Part shown: piece after piece, positions 48,986-59,559 of the stretch
Layout of the letters: every line of letters starts with the position of its first letter
How positions within the stretch are numbered: position 1 is the first letter of the stretch
Assembly (NCBI GenBank): GCA_039933915.1
Contig: JBDTND010000001.1
Span: 5,090 to 69,089 of the forward strand
Source: Gemmatimonadales bacterium
Lineage (GTDB): Bacteria; Gemmatimonadota; Gemmatimonadetes; Gemmatimonadales; Gemmatimonadaceae
Direction of reading: 5' to 3'
DNA: 64,000 bases
The notes under the pieces: model-generated
Database searches by the model: none
What the model was told of the DNA's origin: nothing
The model's input: only the letters and a program-made list of their open reading frames with translations
Program-made: the position numbers and the translations under genes

Positions 48986-50131
48986 GTGAACATCCACGAG
49001 TACCAGGCAAAGGAGATTTTCCGGAAGTACGGCATCCCGATCCCGCCGGGTGAGGTTGCAAGCACCCCGGAGGAAGCCGAAGCGATCGCGCGAAAATTCG
49101 GGACGACGGTCGTAGTCAAAGCGCAGGTTCATGCCGGAGGTCGCGGCAAGGCAGGCGGCGTCAAGCTGGCGAAGACGCCACAGGAAGCGAAGGCCGTCGC
49201 GGCTCAGATACTCAAGTTGATCATCAAAGGTCTTCCCGTGCAGAAGGTCCTTGTCACGCCCGCGGCGGACATCGCGAGCGAGGCGTACGTCGGCGTGATC
49301 ATCGATCGTGCTTCCAAGCGCGCGGTTTTGATGGCGAGTCCCGCCGGCGGCATTGACATCGAGGAGGTGGCGGCCAAGACGCCGGACAAGATTCTTCGGC
49401 ATGCGGTCGATCCGCGCTACGGCCTTCAGATGTTCGAAGCGATGCAGGTGGCGTTTTTCCTCTACTCGGACATGAGACAGGTCCGGCCGGCCGCAAAGAT
49501 TCTTCAGCAGCTGTACAAGGCGTTCTCCGACAACGGTGGGTCGCTCGCCGAGATAAACCCGCTCGTCACGACGCCCGCCGGGGATGTGGTGGCGCTCGAC
49601 GCCAAGATGGTCATCGACGACAATGAGCTGGATCGACGTCCGGATCTCGCGGCCTTGCGAGACGAATCCTCCGAGGACCCAAGCGAGGTCGAGGCGCGAA
49701 AAGCGAGCCTCACCTTCATCAAGCTCGAGGGTAATGTCGGCTGCGTCGTCAACGGAGCCGGACTCGCGATGGCGACGATGGATCTCGTCAAGTATTACGG
49801 CGGCGAGCCGGCCAACTTCCTCGACATCGGCGGATCATCGAATCCGGAGAAGGTCGTCGCTGCACTTCGCATCATCACGCGCGATCCCAGCGTCAAGACC
49901 ATTCTCTTCAACATCTTCGGCGGCATCACGCGCACCGACGACGTCGCCAACGGAATCGTTACCGCGATCAAACAGCGTCCGCTCAAGGTTCCCCTCGTGA
50001 TCAGGCTCACCGGGACCAACGAAGAGATCGCCGTCAAGATCCTGAAGGAGAACGGTCTCTCCGCGATGACCGATATGGACGAAGCCGTCAAGAAGGCGGT
50101 GGCTCTCGCGACTGGAGGAAAGGCCGCGTGA
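48986..50131 (+). CDS. sucC: Succinyl-CoA synthetase beta subunit
   Basis: [44 protein letters not shown]; GTG 48986 after GGAG. Confidence 0.97.
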   Translation: MNIHEYQAKEIFRKYGIPIPPGEVASTPEEAEAIARKFGTTVVVKAQVHAGGRGKAGGVKLAKTPQEAKAVAAQILKLIIKGLPVQKVLVTPAADIASEAYVGVIIDRASKRAVLMASPAGGIDIEEVAAKTPDKILRHAVDPRYGLQMFEAMQVAFFLYSDMRQVRPAAKILQQLYKAFSDNGGSLAEINPLVTTPAGDVVALDAKMVIDDNELDRRPDLAALRDESSEDPSEVEARKASLTFIKLEGNVGCVVNGAGLAMATMDLVKYYGGEPANFLDIGGSSNPEKVVAALRIITRDPSVKTILFNIFGGITRTDDVANGIVTAIKQRPLKVPLVIRLTGTNEEIAVKILKENGLSAMTDMDEAVKKAVALATGGKAA

Positions 50132-51000
50132 GCATCTTCATCGACAAGAATACTCGCCTTCTCGTTCAGGGCATCACCGGCCGCGACGGGTCCTTCCACA
50201 CCAAGCAGATGATGGAGTATGGAACCCAGGTGGTCGCCGGCGTCACGCCCGGCAAGGGCGGCCAGAAGTTCGAGGGCAAAGTTCCCATCTTCAACACCGT
50301 CGCCGACGCAATGAAGAACGCCGGCGTCAACGCGACTGTGATTTACGTGCCCCCGGCGTTCGCGGCCGACGCGATGATGGAAGCCGCCGACGCTGGAATT
50401 CCCTTCATCGTCTGCATCACGGAAGGCGTTTCGGTCCTCGATATGACGAGGGTGTATCCCTACGTAAAGGAGCGAGGCTCGCGACTGCTGGGACCCAACT
50501 GTCCCGGACTCATCTCGCCGGGCGCATCGAAAGTCGGGATCATCCCCGGGAGCATCTGCACGCCGGGCCCGGTGGGACTGGTGAGTCGGTCAGGGACCCT
50601 CACCTATGAGGTCGTGTTCCAGATGACGCGGGCGAAGATCGGTCAGACGAGCTGCGTCGGGATCGGAGGTGACCCGATCAATGGAACCAACTTCATCGAT
50701 TGCCTCGACGCGTTCGAGAAGGATCCGGCGACGATGGCGGTCGTCATGATCGGCGAGATTGGCGGCACGGATGAACAGGAAGCAGCTCGCTTCGTTCGCG
50801 AGAAGATGAAAAAGCCCGTTGTCGGCTTCATCGCCGGACAGACGGCTCCGCCGGGACGCCGAATGGGTCACGCTGGTGCGATCATCTCCGGTTCCGCTGG
50901 CACGGCTGCGGAGAAAATGCAGGCATTCGAAGAAAACGGTGTGGGCGTGGCCAAGCGTCCCATCGACGTCGTGGATTTACTCAAACGCGCAATGCGCTAG
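50128..51000 (+). CDS. sucD: Succinyl-CoA synthetase alpha subunit
   Basis: [31 protein letters not shown]. Confidence 0.97.
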   Translation: MSIFIDKNTRLLVQGITGRDGSFHTKQMMEYGTQVVAGVTPGKGGQKFEGKVPIFNTVADAMKNAGVNATVIYVPPAFAADAMMEAADAGIPFIVCITEGVSVLDMTRVYPYVKERGSRLLGPNCPGLISPGASKVGIIPGSICTPGPVGLVSRSGTLTYEVVFQMTRAKIGQTSCVGIGGDPINGTNFIDCLDAFEKDPATMAVVMIGEIGGTDEQEAARFVREKMKKPVVGFIAGQTAPPGRRMGHAGAIISGSAGTAAEKMQAFEENGVGVAKRPIDVVDLLKRAMR

Positions 51001-51014
51001 GACAGAACAGATAA

Positions 51015-51434
51015 ATGGCCGGCAACAGAACCCTCACAATCGTCAAGCCCGACGCCTTCAACTCAGTGAAGGGCGGACAGATCATCGCTCACCTGGAGAA
51101 AGCGGGCTTCAAGGTCATCGCCACGCGCGTGATGCGACTCACGGAGCAGCAGGCGCAGGCGTTCTACGCGGTCCATCGGGAACGCCCCTTCTTCGCCCCA
51201 CTCGTTCGCTTCATGACGTCGGGCAAGTGCATGCCCATGGTGCTCGAGCGCGCTGACGCCGTCGCAACGCTGAGAAAGGTCATTGGCGCGACCGATCCAG
51301 CGGAGGCGGAAGCGGGCACGGTCCGAAAGCTCTACGCCGAGTCGAAGGAGCGAAACGCGATCCACGCCTCTGATTCGGACGAGAACGCGGATCGCGAATC
51401 GAGATTCTTCTTCCCCGAGGCAGAGCTGGTCTAG
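51015..51434 (+). CDS. ndk: Nucleoside diphosphate kinase
   Basis: [33 protein letters not shown]. Confidence 0.97.
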   Translation: MAGNRTLTIVKPDAFNSVKGGQIIAHLEKAGFKVIATRVMRLTEQQAQAFYAVHRERPFFAPLVRFMTSGKCMPMVLERADAVATLRKVIGATDPAEAEAGTVRKLYAESKERNAIHASDSDENADRESRFFFPEAELV

Positions 51435-51581
51435 CTCGCCCATTTAGTTGCTTTGTAGCCCGCAGCCGCAGGCCGTTCCGCCGACAGCCGCTAGCGGGTA
51501 CTCTTGAGTTAAAAAGTCAGAGAAAAAAAGCCGTTCGCCGCACTGGAAGGCCGGTCATAAACCCGCTAGGTTAAAGGGCTT

Positions 51582-52094
51582 ATGCTGTCCTTTGACATAC
51601 GCTCACTGGAGACAAAAGCCGCCCAGGTGGACGGTGAGCTTCCGCCGGACGATCCTGTCTGGGAAGAAGCCGATGTTCGTCCGGAAGGCGCTATCACGGT
51701 CACCGGAAGACTGTCGCATGCGGGTGAAGGAAGATTCTACTTCGCGGGCCGCATCGACGGTGGGATCGTGCTTCCTTGCCGCCTCTGTCTGGAAGAAGTG
51801 AGCGTCGAAGTCGACGAAGAGGTACACTTCCTGTTGGCCGAGATCGGAGCAGACGAAGCTGATGATCCGGACGTGTATCTCTACGATCCGAACGCCAGGA
51901 TGCTCGATCTCCGGGGAGCGGTGAGAGAGACATGGCTGCTCACGGCTCCGGCTTACGTTCAATGCCGGGAAGATTGCAAAGGGCTGTGCGCAACATGTGG
52001 TACGAATCTCAATGAAAGCAGCTGCAACTGTACGCCGACAAAGACCGAGTCGCGCTGGGACGCGTTGCTCAAACATCAAGGCAAAGCCCACTAG
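51582..52094 (+). CDS. yceD: YceD/DUF177 family protein
   Basis: CRLCL, CREDCKGLCATCGTNLN, SRWDAL; upstream of rpmF. Confidence 0.92.
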   Translation: MLSFDIRSLETKAAQVDGELPPDDPVWEEADVRPEGAITVTGRLSHAGEGRFYFAGRIDGGIVLPCRLCLEEVSVEVDEEVHFLLAEIGADEADDPDVYLYDPNARMLDLRGAVRETWLLTAPAYVQCREDCKGLCATCGTNLNESSCNCTPTKTESRWDALLKHQGKAH

Positions 52095-52123
52095 CTCCTC
52101 ATACACCTCCAACGAACTGAACC

Positions 52124-52306
52124 ATGGCCGTCCCGAAGCGACGCACCTCCAAGAGAAAAAAGCGCGCACGCAACACGCACAAAATCGCGCCTGCGATCGT
52201 CATCCAGAAGTGTCCACGCTGTCAGAGCATGAGGCGTCCGCATCACGTGTGCGCGGAATGCGGATACTATGATGGCGAACAGCGAGTAGAACCGAAGGAA
52301 GCGTAG
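52124..52306 (+). CDS. rpmF: 50S ribosomal protein L32 (Zn-ribbon form)
   Basis: MAVPKRRTSK, CPRC, HHVCAECGYY. Confidence 0.97.
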   Translation: MAVPKRRTSKRKKRARNTHKIAPAIVIQKCPRCQSMRRPHHVCAECGYYDGEQRVEPKEA

Positions 52307-52307
52307 T

Positions 52308-53348
52308 TTGGCGCGAATAGCATTGGACGCTATGGGGGGGGATTTCGCTCCCACAGCGACAATTGCCGGCGCTTTACTCGCCCTGATGGAGCTCGACGGC
52401 GCGCACACCGTACAGCTGGTCGGGCAAACTTCGGTAATCGAGTCCCAGCTCAAGAGCCTGCTCACTGGTGAGCTCGCGGCTGCCGCGAAGGCCCGCGCCC
52501 GGATCGAGATCGTCGAGGCGCCCGACATCGTCGCGATGTCGGAGAAGCCGACCGCGGCACTTCGGAAAAAGCCGAACAGCTCTATGATCGTCGGCCTCAA
52601 GCTTCAGGGCGATGGAAAATCCGACGCGTTCGTTTCGGCGGGCAACACCGGTGCGCAGATGGCCGCGTCCGCAATGCTGCTCAAGCTTCAACCGGGCCTC
52701 ACGCGTCCCGCTATCGCGACCGTATTCCCGACAGCCCGCAATCCGGTTATCGTCCTGGATTCGGGCGCCAACGTAGACTGCTCGACCAGAGAGCTCGTGC
52801 AGTTCGCGTGGCTTGGGGCGGTTTACGCTGAATGCGTTTTCGGCCGCCATAATCCTTCGATCGGGCTCCTCTCAATTGGAGAGGAGCCGGAGAAGGGAAA
52901 CGCAGTGGTGAAGGAAGCACACGTGCTTTTCCAGAAAGCCGGATTCAACTTCCATGGGAACCTCGAAGGCCGGGATCTTCCCGCTGGCGCGAGCGAGCGC
53001 GGACCTTTCGACGTCGTCATCTGCGACGGCTTCGTCGGGAACGTGGTGCTGAAGTTCTATGAAGCAGTGGCGCCGATGATAGTCAAGATGCTCAGCGAGC
53101 ATCCAGGCATCGACGCTGAGCATGTGAAGGCAGCACTCAAACCGTTCGATTCCACCAACTACGGCGGCGCGCCGCTCCTCGGTGTGCGCGGCGTCAGCAT
53201 CATCTGTCACGGCAACTCGCCGCCGCGCGCGATCAAGAATGCGATCAGCGTCGCTGTGCGCGCAGTGGAGACACGGATGAACGACGAGATCGGAAGGAAG
53301 CTCGAAGCGGCTGAGCCCATGATCAACCCCGTCGCGGCGACCGCATGA
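52308..53348 (+). CDS. plsX: Phosphate acyltransferase
   Basis: IALDAMGGDFAP, SAGNTGA, RPAI, LDSGAN, IGEEPEKG, DGFVGNVVLK, YGGAPLLG. Confidence 0.96.
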   Translation: MARIALDAMGGDFAPTATIAGALLALMELDGAHTVQLVGQTSVIESQLKSLLTGELAAAAKARARIEIVEAPDIVAMSEKPTAALRKKPNSSMIVGLKLQGDGKSDAFVSAGNTGAQMAASAMLLKLQPGLTRPAIATVFPTARNPVIVLDSGANVDCSTRELVQFAWLGAVYAECVFGRHNPSIGLLSIGEEPEKGNAVVKEAHVLFQKAGFNFHGNLEGRDLPAGASERGPFDVVICDGFVGNVVLKFYEAVAPMIVKMLSEHPGIDAEHVKAALKPFDSTNYGGAPLLGVRGVSIICHGNSPPRAIKNAISVAVRAVETRMNDEIGRKLEAAEPMINPVAATA

Positions 53349-54337
53349 AGAGACCAGTCGCCGCCGTCGTCGGCACCGGACGCGGAGTGCCCGCGCACGT
53401 GATGACGAATCACGACTTTGCGGCCATCGGAATCGAGACGTCGCACGAATGGATCTTCGAGCGGAGCGGCATCGTAGAGCGTCGGATTGCGAGGGACGGT
53501 GAGACCACCTGTTCCATGGCGTCGGATGCGGCCCGCAAGGCGATGACAGCCGCCAACGTCCAATCGGGCGAGATCGACCTTATCGTACTCAGCACTGCTA
53601 CCCCGGACAGGCTGCTGCCATCGACGGCTGTCGATATCCAGGCGGAGCTCGGTGCCACGCGCGCGGCCGCGTTCGATGTGTGCGCCGCATGCACGGGGTG
53701 GTTGTACGGAATGGCCACCGCCGAAGGATTGATCATGTCCGGCGGCGCGGAGACGGCGCTCGTCATTGGGTCGGAGAAGATGAGCGCGATCGTCGACTGG
53801 AAGGATCGCTCCACTTGCGTTCTCTTCGGAGACGGGGCAGGCGCGGTCGTCCTCAGACGTACCCGCTCCCACGACAAGGGAATTCTTTCGTCCTATATGC
53901 GCAGCGATGGCAAGCTGGCGGACCTGCTCTATCGCCCCGAAGGGGGCGCAACTACGCCGATGTCGGCCGATGTGCTCGAGAAACGCTCACACCTCGTGAG
54001 GATGGCCGGTCGCGAAGTCTTCAAGCACGCAGTACGCTCGATGGCCGATGCCGCCGACCGCGCGCTCGACGGGGCAAAACTCACGGGATCCGACATCGAT
54101 CTCCTGATTCCGCACCAGGCAAACGTCCGCATTATCGAGGCGACCGCCAAGCACGCCGGAATTCCGATGGAAAAGGTCTACGTGAACGTCGATCGCTTTG
54201 GCAACACGTCGTCCGCGTCGATTCCCATCGCTCTCGACGAATGCGTTCAGTCGGGAAGAGTCAAAGAGGGCACGACCGTGATGATGGTCGCATTCGGCGC
54301 CGGATTCACCTGGGCGTCGATGATCATCCGCTTCTAG
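53345..54337 (+). CDS. fabH: Beta-ketoacyl-ACP synthase III
   Basis: AACTG, LFGDGAGA, MAGREVFK, PHQAN, GNTSSASIP, FGAGFTW. Confidence 0.96.
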   Translation: MKRPVAAVVGTGRGVPAHVMTNHDFAAIGIETSHEWIFERSGIVERRIARDGETTCSMASDAARKAMTAANVQSGEIDLIVLSTATPDRLLPSTAVDIQAELGATRAAAFDVCAACTGWLYGMATAEGLIMSGGAETALVIGSEKMSAIVDWKDRSTCVLFGDGAGAVVLRRTRSHDKGILSSYMRSDGKLADLLYRPEGGATTPMSADVLEKRSHLVRMAGREVFKHAVRSMADAADRALDGAKLTGSDIDLLIPHQANVRIIEATAKHAGIPMEKVYVNVDRFGNTSSASIPIALDECVQSGRVKEGTTVMMVAFGAGFTWASMIIRF

Positions 54338-54341
54338 GGCA

Positions 54342-55280
54342 GTGGATATCGTACTCCTCTTTCCCGGCCAGGGCTCGCAAAAGCCAGGCATGGGTAAGGA
54401 CCTCGCCGACGCGTTTCCTGTCGCGCGAGGAGTGTTCGGCGAAGTCGATGCCGCGCTCGGCACGGATTTGAGCCGCCTTTGCTTCGAGGGGCCCGCCGAC
54501 GAGCTCACCGCAACCCGCAACGCGCAACCAGCGCTCTTTGCGCACGGCGCTGCTGTCTGGGCGTTGACCAAAGATGCCCTGCGTCCCCATGTGCGCGCTG
54601 CTGCCGGACACTCACTCGGCGAATTCACCGCGTATCATGCCGCCGACGCCGTGAGTCTCCCCGGCGCAGCGCGGCTGGTGAGACGGCGTGGAGAGCTGAT
54701 GTTCGACACCGGCAAGTCGCGACCCGGCACCATGGCGGCGATTCTCGGCACCACCACTACTCCCGTCGAGGAATTGTGCAGGCAGGCGAGCAGGGAGGCA
54801 GGCCTGGTGGTGCCCGCGAATTTCAACACCGATGAACAGGTCGTGATCTCGGGAGAGATTGCCGGCGTTGAGAGAGCGATGGAGCTCGCGAAGGAGGCCG
54901 GCGCCAAGCGCGCAGTCAAGCTTCCGGTAAGCGGAGCCTTTCACTCGCCCCTGATGGAGCCTGCCGTAGTCGGACTCACGGACGCAATTGCGACATCCGC
55001 GTTCACAGATCCGGTTTTTCCGGTTTTCTCCAACGTGACCGCCGAAGCATCTACCACGGCGGTCGACGCAAAGGATCTCCTGCTGCGTCAGCTTACGTCG
55101 CCCGTCCGGTGGTCGACAGAGATGCGAAACATCGCCGCGCGGTTTCCGGACGCGCTCTACGTGGAGATGGGACCAGGCAACGTGCTCACCGGCCTGATGG
55201 GCCGGCTGGTCAAAGGCGCTCGCACGGTCTCCTGCGGAACGGGCGCGGAAGTGGAAAAACTTCTCCAGATGGCAGCCTGA
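54342..55280 (+). CDS. fabD: Malonyl CoA-ACP transacylase
   Basis: FPGQGSQ, GHSLGE, QVVISG, VSGAFHSPLM, PVRW. Confidence 0.96.
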   Translation: MDIVLLFPGQGSQKPGMGKDLADAFPVARGVFGEVDAALGTDLSRLCFEGPADELTATRNAQPALFAHGAAVWALTKDALRPHVRAAAGHSLGEFTAYHAADAVSLPGAARLVRRRGELMFDTGKSRPGTMAAILGTTTTPVEELCRQASREAGLVVPANFNTDEQVVISGEIAGVERAMELAKEAGAKRAVKLPVSGAFHSPLMEPAVVGLTDAIATSAFTDPVFPVFSNVTAEASTTAVDAKDLLLRQLTSPVRWSTEMRNIAARFPDALYVEMGPGNVLTGLMGRLVKGARTVSCGTGAEVEKLLQMAA

Positions 55281-56017
55281 TGAAGATCGACCTGACGGGA
55301 AAGAACGCCCTGGTCACGGGGAGCACCCGCGGAATCGGGCGAGCGATCGCAGAGGCTTTCGCCGAATCGGGAGCACGCGTAGCAGTCGTGGGACGCGATC
55401 AGGCCCGTGCCAACGAAGCCGCGGCCGCGATCGGGAAAAACGCCATGGGGTTCGCTGCCGATGTCAGCGACACGGCCGCAGTGACGAAGCTCGTCGACCA
55501 AGTGGAGAAGGCCTTCGGCTCGATCGACATTCTCGTCAACAACGCCGGCATCACGCGGGACAATCTCGTGATGCGGCTCAAGGACGACGATTGGGATGCG
55601 GTCCAGAACGCCAACCTCCGGGGCGCGTTTGCTTCAATCCGGGCGGTATCGCGAGGGATGATGAAGAAGCGCGGCGGCCGAATCATCAACATCGCGAGCA
55701 TCGTGGGAATCATCGGCAACAAGGGGCAGGCGAACTACGCCGCCAGCAAAGCCGGACTCATCGCCCTCACCAAATCGGTCGCGAAGGAGCTCGGTTCGCG
55801 CAATATCCTTGTCAACGCGGTGGCTCCAGGGTTCATCGAGACCGAAATGACCGCCGCGATGACTCCTGAGGCCCGCGAGGCTCTGGGCAAACAGATTGCA
55901 CTTGAACGCCTGGGTTCGGCCCAGGACGTCGCCTCTATGGTAGCCTTCCTCGCCTCCGATCTTGCCTCATACATCACTGGGCAGGTCTTCGTCGTGGACG
56001 GGGGGATGGTGATGTAA
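55280..56017 (+). CDS. fabG: 3-oxoacyl-ACP reductase
   Basis: VTGSTRGIG, NNAGITRD, YAASK, VAPGFIET; ATG 55280. Confidence 0.96.
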   Translation: MKIDLTGKNALVTGSTRGIGRAIAEAFAESGARVAVVGRDQARANEAAAAIGKNAMGFAADVSDTAAVTKLVDQVEKAFGSIDILVNNAGITRDNLVMRLKDDDWDAVQNANLRGAFASIRAVSRGMMKKRGGRIINIASIVGIIGNKGQANYAASKAGLIALTKSVAKELGSRNILVNAVAPGFIETEMTAAMTPEAREALGKQIALERLGSAQDVASMVAFLASDLASYITGQVFVVDGGMVM

Positions 56018-56018
56018 C

Positions 56019-56047
56019 TTTGTATCAGATATTCGCTTAGGTATATT
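56019..56047 (+). promoter_or_regulatory. Probable internal promoter for acpP-fabF
   Basis: TTTGTA/TTGTAT (56019-56025), 16-17 nt, TATATT (56042-56047) in an AT-rich gap. Confidence 0.55.
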
Positions 56048-56083
56048 TGTCGACACCACCACAAACGCGAGGAAATCCATCCA

Positions 56084-56323
56084 ATGGCCGACAATTCGAA
56101 TAAGGTCAAAGACATCATCGAGAAAGAGCTCGGTGTTGAGCGGGAAAAGCTGACCAACGAGGCGAGCTTCATCGAGGATCTCGGTGCCGACAGCCTTGAT
56201 ATCGTCGAGCTCGTGATGGAGTTCGAGAAAGAGTTCAACATCGACATTCCTGATGAAGACGCCGAGAAGCTGCGCACCGTGGGTGATGCGCTTGGCTATC
56301 TGAACCAGAAGGTCGGAGCGTAA
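56084..56323 (+). CDS. acpP: Acyl carrier protein
   Basis: [21 protein letters not shown]. Confidence 0.97.
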   Translation: MADNSNKVKDIIEKELGVEREKLTNEASFIEDLGADSLDIVELVMEFEKEFNIDIPDEDAEKLRTVGDALGYLNQKVGA

Positions 56324-57567
56324 TGAAGAGAAGAGTCGTCGTCACTGGCATGGGGGCGATTACCCCCGTGGGCAACGATGTGGCGACGACCTGGCAGGCC
56401 CTGATCGACGGGAAGTCAGGCACCGCCCCGATCACGAAGTTCGACGCGTCGAACTTCCCGGTTCGCTTTGCGGCCGAAGTGAAAGGCTTCAACCCGCTCG
56501 ACTACATGGATCGCAAGGAAGCCAAACGCGCGGATCCATATACGCAGTACGCGGTCGCGGGCGCACGCCAGGCGATGACCGATGCAAACCTCGTCGAGCG
56601 CAACGGCATGGACCCCGACCGTATCGGGGTCATCATCGGCAGCGGCATCGGCGGACTCAAGAGCTTTGAGGAACAGCACGACGTCTATCGAGAACGCGGG
56701 GTCGGAAAGATTTCTCCGTTCTTCATCCCGATGTTCATCGCGGATATCGCGGCCGGTATTGTCTCCATGCAGTTCAACGCCAAGGGTCCAAACTACGCCA
56801 CTGTCTCAGCTTGCGCGACTAGTGCTCATGCAATAGGTGATGCCTACCGCACGATCCAGTATGGCGATGCGGATGTCATGATAACGGGCGGAGCCGAGGC
56901 CACCGTAACCCCAATGGCGATTGGCGGATTCGCCAACATGAAAGCCTTGTCGGAGCGGAACGACAGCCCTGAAACTGCTTCGCGCCCATTCGACGCGACA
57001 CGGGATGGCTTCGTCATGGGCGAGGGGGCGGGAATCCTGATCCTCGAAGAGCTGGAGCACGCGCTCAAGCGTGGAGCGAAGATTTACGCCGAGATCGTCG
57101 GGTATGGCGCGACGGGCGATGCTTACCACCTGACAGCGCCGGCTCCGGATGGTGAGGGCGCACAGAGAGCCATGAAGCGGGCATTGAAGGATGCCGGCCT
57201 CGAGCCGAAGGACATTCAGTACATCAATGCTCACGGCACATCGACTCCGGCGAACGACTTCAACGAGACGCGGGCGATCAAGGCTGTCTTCGGCGAGCAT
57301 GCCAAGACCGTAAACGTCAGCTCGACCAAGTCGGCAACCGGCCACATGCTCGGCGCGGCCGGAGCGGTAGAGGCTGTCGTCAGCGCGATGGTCGTCGGCC
57401 ACGGGATCATTCCTCCGACGATCAACTACCACAATCCCGATCCCGAGCTCGACCTCAACTACACACCCAACAAGAGCGTCAAGCGGGACGTCGACGCGGT
57501 ACTCAGCAACAGCTTTGGCTTTGGTGGGCACAACACCACCCTCGCCATCAGACGCTACCGGAGTTAG
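56323..57567 (+). CDS. fabF: Beta-ketoacyl-ACP synthase II
   Basis: RRVVVTG, SACATS, SRPFD, NAHGTST, GHMLGAAG, SNSFGFGG. Confidence 0.96.
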   Translation: MKRRVVVTGMGAITPVGNDVATTWQALIDGKSGTAPITKFDASNFPVRFAAEVKGFNPLDYMDRKEAKRADPYTQYAVAGARQAMTDANLVERNGMDPDRIGVIIGSGIGGLKSFEEQHDVYRERGVGKISPFFIPMFIADIAAGIVSMQFNAKGPNYATVSACATSAHAIGDAYRTIQYGDADVMITGGAEATVTPMAIGGFANMKALSERNDSPETASRPFDATRDGFVMGEGAGILILEELEHALKRGAKIYAEIVGYGATGDAYHLTAPAPDGEGAQRAMKRALKDAGLEPKDIQYINAHGTSTPANDFNETRAIKAVFGEHAKTVNVSSTKSATGHMLGAAGAVEAVVSAMVVGHGIIPPTINYHNPDPELDLNYTPNKSVKRDVDAVLSNSFGFGGHNTTLAIRRYRS

Positions 57568-57571
57568 ACAC

Positions 57572-58732
57572 ATGACCTCCGAGATCTCGCTGGACCTCCG
57601 GAAGATCACGGATCGCGACCTGAGAGCGGTGGGGGAGAAGGTGGCTTCCCACACTCGTCTCTCTAATGCCGATGCGGAGCTGCTCTTCACCTCGCCCGAT
57701 CTACTCGGGGTCGGGATGCTCGCCGACTTCGCGAATCGTCGGATGCACGGTGACGTCGTGACGTTCGCGGCCAATCAGCATATCAATCCGACGAATGTCT
57801 GCTATCTGCGCAAGACCTGTGTCTTCTGCTCCTTTGCGCGACTGCCGAAGGAAGAGGGAGCGTACCACTACACGCTCGACCAGGTGTTCGCCGAGGCGGA
57901 GACCGCCGCCAATGGGCTGACGAAGGAGTTCCATATCGTCGGCGGGCTCGACATGAAGGCGGGCCTCCAGTACTACAGCGATATGTTCCGCGGGCTCAAG
58001 TCACGCTATCCGCACGTGCACATCAAGGCACTCACGGCGGTCGAGATCGCGCATATCTCCCGCATCGACAAGATGTCGATTGAGGACGTTCTCATCGCGC
58101 TGCGCGAAGCCGGCCTCGACACGCTGCCCGGCGGCGGCGCTGAAGTGTTCGGAAGAGGCGTGCGGATGACGATCGCCGACAAAAAGCTCGCGGCCGAGGA
58201 CTGGATCGACGTCCACCGCACGGCGCACCGGTTGGGTATCCGCTCAAACTGCACGATGCTGTACGGCCACGTGGAATCGATCACGGACCGCGTCGAGCAT
58301 CTTGCCATGCTTCGCGACCTGCAGGACGAGTCCCACGGATTTCTCGCCTACATCCCGCTCGCGTATCACCCCGACCACAACGAGCTGGGAATCGAGCTTG
58401 GCCGCGAGGGCACTGCCACCACCGGCTTCGACGACCTCCGCAATCTCGCCGTCGGCCGCCTCTTCCTCGACAACTTCGACCATATCAAGACACACTGGAT
58501 CATGGTCACGCCATTTCTGTCGCAGACGTCTCTCGCCTTTGGCGTCAACGATCTGGAAGGAACGGTGGTTCGCGAGAAGATCTACCACGAAGCGGGCGCG
58601 CACACCGCTCAGGGATTGAGCCTCGACGAGATTCTCGATCTGATCAGATCGGCCGGCAAGATCCCGGCTGAGCGCGACTCCTTCTACAACATCCTGCGAG
58701 TGTTCGATCGCTCGGCGGCGGTTGCGGCCTGA
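57572..58732 (+). CDS. mqnE: Aminofutalosine synthase MqnE (CofH/MqnC-family radical SAM)
   Basis: HINPTNVC, EFHIVGG, HIKALTAVEI, PGGGAE, TMLYGHVE, EKIYHEAGA, ERDSFYN; adjacent to mqnA and mqnC; ATG 57572. Confidence 0.9.
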   Translation: MTSEISLDLRKITDRDLRAVGEKVASHTRLSNADAELLFTSPDLLGVGMLADFANRRMHGDVVTFAANQHINPTNVCYLRKTCVFCSFARLPKEEGAYHYTLDQVFAEAETAANGLTKEFHIVGGLDMKAGLQYYSDMFRGLKSRYPHVHIKALTAVEIAHISRIDKMSIEDVLIALREAGLDTLPGGGAEVFGRGVRMTIADKKLAAEDWIDVHRTAHRLGIRSNCTMLYGHVESITDRVEHLAMLRDLQDESHGFLAYIPLAYHPDHNELGIELGREGTATTGFDDLRNLAVGRLFLDNFDHIKTHWIMVTPFLSQTSLAFGVNDLEGTVVREKIYHEAGAHTAQGLSLDEILDLIRSAGKIPAERDSFYNILRVFDRSAAVAA

Positions 58733-59559
58733 TGAGAATCGGGCGGATTCCCTACATCAACTGCTATCCGGTCTATGGCGCGATCGATCGGGGAGTCGTT
58801 CGTCTCGATGCTGAGCTCGTCGACGGAGTTCCCACCGATCTGAATCGAAGGATGAGCGCTGGCGACCTCGACATCAGTGTGGTGTCCGCCGTCGAGTACG
58901 CGCGCGACTCCGAGCGGTATCTGCTGCTGCCCGACCTGGCAATCTCATGCGACGGCCCTGTGCGAAGCGTGATGCTTTTCTCGAAGCGTCCGGCGGGCGA
59001 GCTCACTGCGCGAAACCTCATCGTGAGCAAGAGCTCGATGACCAGCGTCGCATTGCTCGAGCTGCTGTTCGAGAACGTGTGGCGCGCCAAGCCCCGCTTC
59101 GTCGCCGGCGATGCGGAGATCCGCGATGTGGTCGAAGCGAATGACGGCGCGGCCGATGCCAGACTCGTGATAGGTGACGCTGCGCTTGTGCTCGCCTCCA
59201 ACCAGCGAGAGCGCTACCCGTACGTCTACGATCTGGGCCAGATGTGGAAAGAGTGGACGGGGCAGCCCTTTGTATTCGCCGTCTGGGTCGCGCAGCGCTC
59301 GTCCAACGTCAAGGAAGCGCTCATCGCACACGCGGGACTGATAGCTTCGCGCGACTGGGGTCTCAGGCATTTGCCCGAGCTGGCGGAACAGGCGCACCAG
59401 GCAACCGGTGTGAGCCTCGCCGTTTGTGCGGAGTATCTTTCAGGCCTTGATTACGGATTGTCGTACCCACACCTCGCCGGCCTCACCGAGTTCTATCGGC
59501 GGCTCGTCGAGCGCGGCAGAATTCCAAACGGAACTCTAACTTTTCTCCCCGCGGCATGA
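58732..59559 (+). CDS. mqnA: Chorismate dehydratase MqnA
   Basis: RIGRIPYINCYP, GPVRSV, SMTSV, LVIGDAAL, YDLGQMWKEWTGQPFVFAVW. Confidence 0.9.
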   Translation: MRIGRIPYINCYPVYGAIDRGVVRLDAELVDGVPTDLNRRMSAGDLDISVVSAVEYARDSERYLLLPDLAISCDGPVRSVMLFSKRPAGELTARNLIVSKSSMTSVALLELLFENVWRAKPRFVAGDAEIRDVVEANDGAADARLVIGDAALVLASNQRERYPYVYDLGQMWKEWTGQPFVFAVWVAQRSSNVKEALIAHAGLIASRDWGLRHLPELAEQAHQATGVSLAVCAEYLSGLDYGLSYPHLAGLTEFYRRLVERGRIPNGTLTFLPAA

